Source: Trueperaceae bacterium
GTDB lineage: Bacteria; Deinococcota; Deinococci; Deinococcales; Trueperaceae
Reading direction: 5' to 3'
Assembly: GCA_965215565.1 (NCBI GenBank)
Contig: CBDCDZ010000004.1
Location: 3,648,001-3,712,000, forward strand
DNA: 64,000 nt
Both the position numbers and the translations under genes were made by a program. Each line of letters starts with the position of its first letter. The stretch's first letter is position 1. This document shows, in pieces, positions 57,170-64,000 of this stretch. Below the pieces are notes generated by a model. That model saw nothing but the letters and a program-made list of their open reading frames with translations, was not told where the DNA came from and did not search any database.

Positions 57170-59886
57170 CGCGCGACCAACCGTACCGTTCGGGATTCTG
57201 ACGTAGCAGCTTCGATAGCAGCGCGCAGAGGTTCATCTAAACAAAAGTTGAGGTTCCCGGATTGACTCGCCAATCTATGACTGAACAGGGCGATGCCCGC
57301 AGACCCCGTTGCCAAGTCCGTACTTATCCTGAGGAGGTGGTCGCCGGGGAAAGCGGTTCCTGTCTCTTTGGCTATAGCGAACAGCTCGATACCTTCGTAG
57401 ACCCTGTTGCACGCGTCCAAGGCTTCCGACTCACCTGTGAACTGGTGATAGTCGAGTAGAAAGTTTCCGAGGCCGGCGAGACCGTTGAACAGACCCGGAA
57501 AGATGGTGTATTTGCGGGTCACATCGGGTAGCAGCTTGAGGAGCATATTTCCGTACTCTGGATCGCCCGTGAAAGCGTAGTACCTGAGCAGCGTAGTGCC
57601 AACGCCGGCACTACCATAGGCCAGGTAGGGGTAAATGATTGACCTGAAGTTCGTCTCTTCGGGAAAGCTGAGGTAGTTCTCTTCGGTTAGAGTCGCATAA
57701 CTCAGATCGAATGCGAGTGCTCTACGACCCCACTGCAGATAGACGGGTTTACCCGTCGCGACATGGAGATGTAAGAAGAACAGTGCGATTCCAGACGCAC
57801 CTTGCATGTAGCCGACATAGGTGGTCCCGTCGAAGCTGGGCCAGTAGTCTCCCCGCTCATTCTCCTGCTTGAAGTCGTTCAAGGTTCGAGCTATTACTTC
57901 AGCTCTTAAAAGCGAGTTTTCATTACCTATGGCATACCACTGATTGAGGTGACTCAACCCGACCCCGGCGGCACCGGTACCTAATCCGGAGGCCTGATAC
58001 AGGAGTGGGTGATGATAGGCGTTATCCAAAAGTTCTAGCGCGTCGTCCGCCTGACCTAATACGGATAGGACCCAAGCCATACCGGATGTTCCGTTATATA
58101 GCCCTGGAACGTAATGCACAAAGTCCGGAAGACGCGAGTTTATCCAGCGCATAACGTCCTTCGGGACATTTCCTAAGAGGTGCTTTAGAACATAAACGAC
58201 ACCTAAGGCGCCGTGGTCGATGCTCAGAGGGTTTTTCGCCTCTATATCGTTTGGGAAGAGACGATCGGTTCTATCGAAACTCGCTGTGCTCAAGATGTAT
58301 TGGGCGATGCTGCGATTTAGCGAGACGAGTTTTGAAGGTTTTTGACAGTGGTGTTTAATCTCAGGTACAGTTTTGAGTGCCCGGAAACACTCGACCACTT
58401 CGTCGAGCCCAGGGCGCTCGTCCTCCTTTTCGCTCAGAAGCCGTAGAACGATCTTTTTAAGGCCGAGATCGAGGCCGAAATCCTTGAGGATCGCGTCTAA
58501 AAACTTAGCGGGCGCATCTGCGTGTAGCGGCGCGAGAATAGCTGCGGGGGTGCAAAACGCAAGGATAAGCGCACCCAGAGCGTAGAGGTCGTCCTCCAAC
58601 CGTGCCGTGTTCCGCTGACTTCGATCCTTAGGCGTGAAGCCATATGTGAACATTCCGGAGCGCTCATCCGAATCCATCTCGGAAGCGCCCTCGAGGTCGA
58701 TTAACTTGACCTCCAGCGTGCTGGGATCGATTAAGACGTTGCCCAAAGACAAATCACCGACGATAATTCCGTGAGCGTGTACGGTTTGGATCGCATTAGC
58801 GAGGTTGATCACGACACACTTAAGTTCGTTGAACCAGGCCGCCACATCTTCGGGGGTACAACTCGCTTTGAGCGTTATATCTCTTTGTCCGACGAAATCC
58901 GACAGGGTTTCGCCTTCGATAAGTTGCTGAGCTAGAAATCTATGTTCCCACTCGTAAAATAGGGATAGTGGCTTGGCGGTTAGTCCTGTAGATTTGAGTC
59001 GCTCGAGAACCCTATGCTCCTTTTCTAAGCGGTTCGTCACGTCCGCGCCGTCCATACCGACATCTATGAAGGGGCGCGCCTCTTTCACCACCACAGTCTC
59101 ACCTGTTGTAGTGTCCGTCGCTTGATAAACGCCCCCTGTGTTGGAGTAGCTCAAACAGTCGAGTACGAGAAACCGTCCGTTATCGAGCACCAGCTCCTCG
59201 TCTACGTCTTCGGTAGGAAACGGGTCCACAGCCCAAGGAGGTGGGTTGAAGTAGGGGGTCCGGATGTCTTCATACTTGCTTCCGTTCGGGGCGACTAGAA
59301 AAGACAATTCTTGCCCAGAAGGGTCCAAGGAGCTTAGCGAGGCTACGCCGCCATACCGGTAGTACAGCACTTTGCAGTCTTTGTACCGCTTGTCACTCAG
59401 GATGTAAGGGCCGCTGAAATCTTTGAGCACCTCGTAGAGCGCTTGAATAAGGTGCTTGAACGCTTCTTCGTCGGCTGGGTATACAGTCATAAATTTGCCC
59501 GACCCGCCGCGCGACCAGCGTTTCGAATTCATCTCGGAGAAGATGAAACGGTCGGCGGCGAACTTGAACGCCGTACCGTGTTGAGCGATGACCGGGATCG
59601 ACGCCTCCACAATTTCGTGCAAGTTGAGGGGCGTGGCCGAGATGTGTATTTTCCAGCCTTGGATAATCAGGTCAGATTTAGGGGGGCTACAATGTTGCCA
59701 CACATTTTCGGCTTTGATACGCCAGGTATCTGGTAGAACCTCTTCCACAAATCTGCGGATATCGTTATCCGGCCTATAGTCGCTCAACGTCTCGTAGAAA
59801 TCCGACTCGATGATCAGCGCCTCGCTCATATACTTGATCTTTCGATCCCATCGCTCTAGCCTTGCTTCTCCTTGCGTGCCTGACAT
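57166..59886 (-). CDS. lanKC: Class III lanthipeptide synthetase (lyase-kinase-cyclase)
   Basis: QGWKIHISA, GKFMTVYP, GPYILSD.RY, YYRYGG; GGVY.A, VVKEARP, GDLS..N, LIDLE; cyclase YPYLAYGSAG, PGLFNGLAG, FPG..LLRISTDLATGSAG without the Cys/Cys/His Zn ligands. Confidence 0.92.
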   Translation of the reverse strand: MSGTQGEARLERWDRKIKYMSEALIIESDFYETLSDYRPDNDIRRFVEEVLPDTWRIKAENVWQHCSPPKSDLIIQGWKIHISATPLNLHEIVEASIPVIAQHGTAFKFAADRFIFSEMNSKRWSRGGSGKFMTVYPADEEAFKHLIQALYEVLKDFSGPYILSDKRYKDCKVLYYRYGGVASLSSLDPSGQELSFLVAPNGSKYEDIRTPYFNPPPWAVDPFPTEDVDEELVLDNGRFLVLDCLSYSNTGGVYQATDTTTGETVVVKEARPFIDVGMDGADVTNRLEKEHRVLERLKSTGLTAKPLSLFYEWEHRFLAQQLIEGETLSDFVGQRDITLKASCTPEDVAAWFNELKCVVINLANAIQTVHAHGIIVGDLSLGNVLIDPSTLEVKLIDLEGASEMDSDERSGMFTYGFTPKDRSQRNTARLEDDLYALGALILAFCTPAAILAPLHADAPAKFLDAILKDFGLDLGLKKIVLRLLSEKEDERPGLDEVVECFRALKTVPEIKHHCQKPSKLVSLNRSIAQYILSTASFDRTDRLFPNDIEAKNPLSIDHGALGVVYVLKHLLGNVPKDVMRWINSRLPDFVHYVPGLYNGTSGMAWVLSVLGQADDALELLDNAYHHPLLYQASGLGTGAAGVGLSHLNQWYAIGNENSLLRAEVIARTLNDFKQENERGDYWPSFDGTTYVGYMQGASGIALFFLHLHVATGKPVYLQWGRRALAFDLSYATLTEENYLSFPEETNFRSIIYPYLAYGSAGVGTTLLRYYAFTGDPEYGNMLLKLLPDVTRKYTIFPGLFNGLAGLGNFLLDYHQFTGESEALDACNRVYEGIELFAIAKETGTAFPGDHLLRISTDLATGSAGIALFSHRLASQSGNLNFCLDEPLRAAIEAATSESRTVRLVAR

Positions 59887-60042
59887 TGTCTTTCCCTCCT
59901 CAGTCCTCGAATTTCGTCGGTATGACGGCGCGCTTGGCACTGCCAAGCGCGCATAGTCTATCTGCGTTTAGTGGTGAAAGCTGAAAGAATCGGGGTGGAG
60001 AATGAGTAAGTTTCTCCATGCGGCTCACGCTGGTTTAAGAGA

Positions 60043-60189
60043 TCATCTCCCACGCGTGAGTGTTTTACCGCCGATCTGACAACCTCCAGTGGACCTAGCC
60101 GAGCAAGTACCACTTTGTGTGCTTCTGAACAGCAAAGGGCTGGGCGCGGTAGTACGCGAAACGTTCTGCAGCGACAATACTTTTCTCAT
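60043..60189 (-). CDS. lanA: Class III lanthipeptide precursor (48 aa, below the ORF-track cutoff)
   Basis: AGGAG RBS; MRKVLSLQNVSRTTAPSPLLFR-STQSGTC-SARSTGGC-QIGGKTLTRGR, with a VLSLQ leader motif and two SxxSx(2-3)C motifs. Confidence 0.88.
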   Translation of the reverse strand: MRKVLSLQNVSRTTAPSPLLFRSTQSGTCSARSTGGCQIGGKTLTRGR

Positions 60190-60206
60190 GATTCATCTCC
60201 TGGAGC

Positions 60207-60328
60207 TAGATTTAGGTTGCAACGTTACTAGTAATTCAACTGATCATGATCCGCTAGCAACCTTGCTTAATTAAAGACGTTGTAAGGTTCGACTTCGGTA
60301 CCGTAATATTTGGAACCTGCTTGGAACC
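60207..60328 (-). promoter_or_regulatory. Conserved cis-element copy B, directly upstream of lanA
   Basis: Colinear homolog of 18251-18377; TGGAACC at 60311 and 60322. Confidence 0.7.
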
Positions 60329-60394
60329 TGGAGCAGGCAACACTATTTCTATAAAGTGGATATTATTCGCAAGGATGACAATGAAATACTTTCA

Positions 60395-60883
60395 TTAACC
60401 TTGTTTCGTAACACGCGCTACCCCAAAGACCTCTACCCACCCCTCCTTCACCGCCTGCATCCCCATGAGCTTCTCCGGCTCCTCGCTGACGACCATCAGG
60501 ACAGCATTCTCCTCCCTAAGTCTCTCTTTGAGGGTTCTCACTCTACGGGCTACGATGACCCTGCCGTACTTGCCATGCCCGCAGAGTAAGTAATACTTCT
60601 TGCCTTCGGATGAACACAAGCTAATGAGCGAAGGACCCTCCTTCTGTATATAGGTCCAGCCTCGAGCCTCGAGCATTTCTCGCGCTCTGCGCCTGATGAC
60701 ATGTCCAGCAGCGGCGCTAGATGTGGAGTACCCTTGATTTACGCCGAGTGCACTTCTGCCTCTCGTTGTGAGCAAGACCAACTCACCCGAGGAGCTGTCC
60801 AGAGTCGTGAGGTAGCCTCTGCCGATCAAACGCTTCAAATCGACGACGCGCCTCGCTCGCGATATCCATACGGTCCGCACCAT
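60395..60883 (-). CDS. Hypothetical basic protein immediately downstream of tniQ
   Basis: Starts 3 nt after the tniQ stop; the N-terminal L..RGYL......V.LT..G pattern is winged-helix-like. Confidence 0.6.
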   Translation of the reverse strand: MVRTVWISRARRVVDLKRLIGRGYLTTLDSSSGELVLLTTRGRSALGVNQGYSTSSAAAGHVIRRRAREMLEARGWTYIQKEGPSLISLCSSEGKKYYLLCGHGKYGRVIVARRVRTLKERLREENAVLMVVSEEPEKLMGMQAVKEGWVEVFGVARVTKQG

Positions 60884-60886
60884 GCT

Positions 60887-61993
60887 CTAAGAAGTCGCGC
60901 AAGTCGGACCTGTTTGCTCACTCAGGTCACGATAGGGTCCGAGCAGCGCTCGATGCTCCTCTTCGAACCGTATTCTGGCGCTATGCGCTTTCGAGATGGC
61001 GGCCTCGAGCCAGGCGGGAACCTCGGACCAGATAGTCAGCAGCTTAGGCTGAGTCATCCCCGTCTGCGCGTAAGCTTGAATAAAGCGCTCGGGCCAGCCC
61101 TCCATGAGCCACGCCAGCATCGTCATAACTATGTGACGATGCTCGGAAGGCTGGTACTCGAAGTCGTTCGACGTAGCTTTGAGGTCGAAGTCGACGTGAC
61201 CCAGCCCGACACGCTGGGCGACGTAGGTGCTGAAAGGGCGTGTATAGCGCAAACCCATGAGCGTCGTGACGAGGATGCGCAGTCCGTCGAAGTAGGCAAC
61301 GCTCGAAAGGTCGCCGTCGTCGGAAAGGGTGACGGAGCCAGCATCTAGCACGCTCAACAGATGAGCTTGAAACGCGCTTACGCTCGTGTCTGCTTTCTCT
61401 AAATGCGAGACCTCGACTGCGCTCAGGTCTGCGCCGCATTCGTAACAGCGATTGATAGGTATACCGGAGGGAACGCGGCTCTCCGTGTGAGCGCCCACAT
61501 CGACTTTGTAAGGGGCGATAGGCGCGTCGCAACTCGGACAGTGGTCACGCAGGGGCGTATCGTGCTCGGGGCACACGGTGACAAAGGCGAGCCGCCATAT
61601 CCGCCGAAAGTAGAGCGGTTCTTGTGCCAGGCATAGGGGACAATATTGTAAACCGTATCGTCTGCTCCTTCGGCGTATATGACCCACACGCAAGGTCCAG
61701 CGGTTGCTGTTACTAGGGTCGTGCTCGGCGTAGAGCCGACCCGCATAGGACCAGAGGGTCGCTCGGTAGAGGCGCTCGACGCTTACACCGGATTTGAACG
61801 ACAGGGGGAGGAGCAACCGTAGAGAAGCCGATTTGTCGATGTCACGCCACCACACCTCCAAATCCGCGACGGCGAGCGTCGTGAAGTTCTGGAGCTTCTG
61901 CTTGTTTCCCTTCGCCGAGCGTATGAGCCAACTGCTGAGCAGCTCGTCGGGTAGGGGCTGCGGATGGACCGGCCAGAGGTTACCCGAGAGCAT
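60887..61993 (-). CDS. tniQ: TniQ/TnsD-family target selector
   Basis: HPQPLPDELLSSWLIR, QYCPLCL, W.L.....CPEH...L...CPSC, CYEC. Likely start MLSGNLWP at 61993. Confidence 0.92.
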   Translation of the reverse strand: MLSGNLWPVHPQPLPDELLSSWLIRSAKGNKQKLQNFTTLAVADLEVWWRDIDKSASLRLLLPLSFKSGVSVERLYRATLWSYAGRLYAEHDPSNSNRWTLRVGHIRRRSRRYGLQYCPLCLAQEPLYFRRIWRLAFVTVCPEHDTPLRDHCPSCDAPIAPYKVDVGAHTESRVPSGIPINRCYECGADLSAVEVSHLEKADTSVSAFQAHLLSVLDAGSVTLSDDGDLSSVAYFDGLRILVTTLMGLRYTRPFSTYVAQRVGLGHVDFDLKATSNDFEYQPSEHRHIVMTMLAWLMEGWPERFIQAYAQTGMTQPKLLTIWSEVPAWLEAAISKAHSARIRFEEEHRALLGPYRDLSEQTGPTCATS

Positions 61994-61995
61994 CC

Positions 61996-62916
61996 CTAAA
62001 GAAGCTTCTCGACTTCCGCGCGACGCTTGGACACGGGAACCCACTTGAGGGCGTTTAGCGCGTCCTCGTCGATACGCTCCGTGCCCGTGCGGATCGCGAT
62101 GACCGCTGAGCGCGTCAGGATTTTGGAGAGTTCGCCGAGGAGCCCCTCGGACATGGTGAGGAGCCGCGTTGCCATGTCGTTCGCTGTGAGGTTCGAAGGC
62201 TTTGCGAGCGGAAGGGTTTTCTCAAAGCTCACGAGGAGCCGCCCGTACTCCGCGTCTTTCTTCCAGTTGGGCAGGACTTCTTTGTCGAAGCGGCTGTCGA
62301 GGTGAGGGTCGCTTCGCAGAAAGCGGAGCGCTTCTTTCGTCCCTAAGGCGACCAGGGGAATTTTCAGCTCGTTCCCGATATATTTGATAACGTTGCGCAC
62401 CTCCCCCTGCTTCCGCGCCGTGCCGGTCAGTAAGTGGTGGAACTCGTCGATCATCAACATCTTCGTGCCGGTCTCTTGGAGGATGCCGATAGCCTGGTCC
62501 TGCTTCTGGCTCGCCTTGTCCGTCTTGCGGTAGGGGGCGAACAGGACCTTGAGAATCTCCTCGTAGAAACGCCCTTCGTCGGCGACCGAGGGCGCGTGGA
62601 ACGAGACGACAGGCGCGTAGATGGTCTCGCCGTCTGCGTTGTCGCGGGCGGGGAAGTCGCGCTGGAAGCGCCTGGCGAGCTGCGTCTTACCGTTAAACGT
62701 GTTGCCCACGATGAGCAGATTCTGGGCGCGTCCCCGGTCGTAGTGGGGCTCGGTCGGGTCGCCGAGCAGGTCCTCGAGCCGGTCGCGGATTTCGCGGGCG
62801 CGGGTGTAGCCGATCCAGCGGAAGGTCTTGATGTAGCGGATACGCTCCTCGTCGCTCCAGGTCAGAATCTCGCGGGCGCGTTCGGTCAGGTGGTCTTGAG
62901 ACACCGCAGAACCCAT
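61996..62916 (-). CDS. tnsC: TnsC/TniB AAA+ ATPase
   Basis: WIGY.RA, Walker A GNTFNGKT, Walker B MLMIDEFH, L.SRF, FEK.LPL..PS.L. Confidence 0.92.
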   Translation of the reverse strand: MGSAVSQDHLTERAREILTWSDEERIRYIKTFRWIGYTRAREIRDRLEDLLGDPTEPHYDRGRAQNLLIVGNTFNGKTQLARRFQRDFPARDNADGETIYAPVVSFHAPSVADEGRFYEEILKVLFAPYRKTDKASQKQDQAIGILQETGTKMLMIDEFHHLLTGTARKQGEVRNVIKYIGNELKIPLVALGTKEALRFLRSDPHLDSRFDKEVLPNWKKDAEYGRLLVSFEKTLPLAKPSNLTANDMATRLLTMSEGLLGELSKILTRSAVIAIRTGTERIDEDALNALKWVPVSKRRAEVEKLL

Positions 62917-64000
62917 CTAACCCTCCTCGAGTTCGTCGAAGGGCTCCAAATCGTCGAACATGAACGGGGCCTCTTCATCCGGCGTGTCGTCGGTCTTGGT
63001 GGTCGTCTCCGCGACGGGCGCGTCCTCAGCAGCCTTGGCGTGATCGGAACGGCGCTGGACGTTGCGGCGGGCCGACTTGGTTTTGCGGGCTGCTTCGCTC
63101 TCGATGCGCCGCATCTCCGCGATGGCTTTGAACAGGGCGTCCTCGTCGACCTCCTGCTGGAGCACCTTCTTGATGTGTCTGATCGCCCGCTTGACCTCCC
63201 AAATGGACACGGGCGGGTGGAGCGCGTTCCCGTAGGGGATTTCGAAGTAGGTGTCCAGGTCTGGGTCGAGGAAGTAGATGCGGCTCAGGTCCCTGGGGTC
63301 GTAGCGGAAGGTGAAATAGCGCGGTTCCTTAGGGTGGTCGGGGTCTCGTGCGCCGATCCAGGGGTGGAGCACGTCGCTGTAATACTCAATGTAGTTGAAG
63401 GCGATGCCGTAGCGCTGGACGCTGTGCTTATTGTCGTAGGGCATGAAGTCGAGACGAAGGCGCATCTCGTCCGTCGCCTTCTCGGGCAGACCGCGCCCGA
63501 GTTCGGTCTTCGTGCCGAAGATGCCGCGCTTGTACTTCGCCGCCGGGGTGCTCATGATCCCCATGTGGGGGCGGTTGTGATACTTCATCAGCAGGTTCGC
63601 GAACCACGACTCGAACTCGGAAAGCGTCATGATGGCCTTTTTCTCCGAATCGTACTCGCCCTTGTCCTTGTAGTTGCTGAAGGTCGTACCGGGCAGCTTC
63701 TGAATATCGGTGGCGAAAGTGCCCATGAGTCGCTCGATGTGTGCGCCGTGCTTGGGCTCCCCGTTGCCGCGGAAATCCGAGATGATGTCGTACTCCTCGC
63801 AGGCACGCTCAAGCATCTTGCCGCGGAACTCCTTGGCGTTGTCCGCGTGGACCGCCTCAGGGAAACCCCAGCAGTCCCAGGTCGCGTCCACCCCGAGCTG
63901 CTCCAGCCAAGCGTGTTTAGGCAGAATAGCGCGGTACAAGCACATTCCGACGGCATTGGCGTTGGGTGGGTCGAAAGAGATGTAGAAACCCAGCCCGACG
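62917..64000 (-). CDS. tnsB: TnsB/TniA DDE transposase with Mu-transposase C-terminal region (5' part beyond window)
   Basis: G.P..VHADNAKEF, G.HIER..GT, LPGTTFSN, YH.RPH, YDPRDLSRIY. Confidence 0.93.
   Translation of the reverse strand, partial: VGLGFYISFDPPNANAVGMCLYRAILPKHAWLEQLGVDATWDCWGFPEAVHADNAKEFRGKMLERACEEYDIISDFRGNGEPKHGAHIERLMGTFATDIQKLPGTTFSNYKDKGEYDSEKKAIMTLSEFESWFANLLMKYHNRPHMGIMSTPAAKYKRGIFGTKTELGRGLPEKATDEMRLRLDFMPYDNKHSVQRYGIAFNYIEYYSDVLHPWIGARDPDHPKEPRYFTFRYDPRDLSRIYFLDPDLDTYFEIPYGNALHPPVSIWEVKRAIRHIKKVLQQEVDEDALFKAIAEMRRIESEAARKTKSARRNVQRRSDHAKAAEDAPVAETTTKTDDTPDEEAPFMFDDLEPFDELEEG

Larger units (their letters stand above)
13479..64000 (-). mobile_element. Tn7-like (TnsB-TnsC-TniQ) transposon inserted in comEC, >50 kb, other end beyond the window
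   Basis: Terminal TGT plus TnsB-type repeats at 13479; tnsE-like gene adjacent; tnsB/tnsC/tniQ at 60887-64000; mosaic accessory cargo between. That the end and the core belong to one element is inferred. Confidence 0.72.

Noticed and set aside
57166..59886. Class IV (LanL) synthetase
   Set aside because: The cyclase lacks the Cys/Cys/His zinc ligands, and the precursor carries class III motifs.
60330..60400. A second transposon end between the cargo and the tns core
   Set aside because: No inverted copy of the ACAATAATC...GCGACT repeat was seen here or elsewhere on manual reading. A computational scan would be needed to exclude degenerate copies.
5318..62044. Long N-terminal extensions in the ORF track (e.g. 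starts at 5372, 7006, 18055, 21663, 34163, 44525, 59946, 62044) and the many antisense or overlapping short ORFs
   Set aside because: Downstream starts have RBSs, signal peptides or family-typical N-termini. Antisense ORFs are expected shadows in GC-rich genes.
13479..64000. CRISPR-associated transposon (type V-K-like tnsB-tnsC-tniQ order)
   Set aside because: No cas12k or Cascade gene, repeat-spacer array or tracrRNA was recognised in the window; the gene at the distal end is TnsE-like. tnsA status is unknown because it would lie off-window.

Overview
The window looks like Deinococcota (Truepera-like) DNA: GC-rich, with many apparently leaderless genes. This is an inference from gene content and style. 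Bases 1-13478 are chromosomal-type genes: MFS transporter, GGDEF-EAL protein, glucose-type ABC transporter plus galM, PP2C-Ser/Thr kinase pair, a ~1 kb nest of MITE-like palindromic repeats, a second kinase, and the 3' half of comEC. At 13479 comEC is cut by a Tn7-like transposon end (TGT, an 8-bp terminus and three 18-bp TnsB-type sites). A tnsB-tnsC-tniQ core lies at the far edge (60887->64000, minus strand), so the remaining ~50 kb most plausibly is one cargo-laden Tn7-like element inserted in comEC; its other end is outside the window. Cargo includes: a frameshifted tnsE-like gene plus HU right at the end; a compact Dpd-like 7-deazaguanine locus (DpdJ-like helicase, DpdK-like PLD, TGT-DUF5591 fusion, divergent yhhQ-queC); an XPB-Bax1(DUF790) pair; a stand-alone secreted ComEC-like MBL nuclease; a class III lanthipeptide cluster whose 48-aa precursor is missing from the ORF track; a ~125-bp cis-element present twice with a covarying fold; an IS3 broken by a 40-bp hairpin insertion; duplicated and decayed cassettes; and several SDRs, lipoproteins and regulators. 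No CRISPR array, cas gene, rRNA or tRNA was recognised. All family calls come from motif recognition, not database searches.
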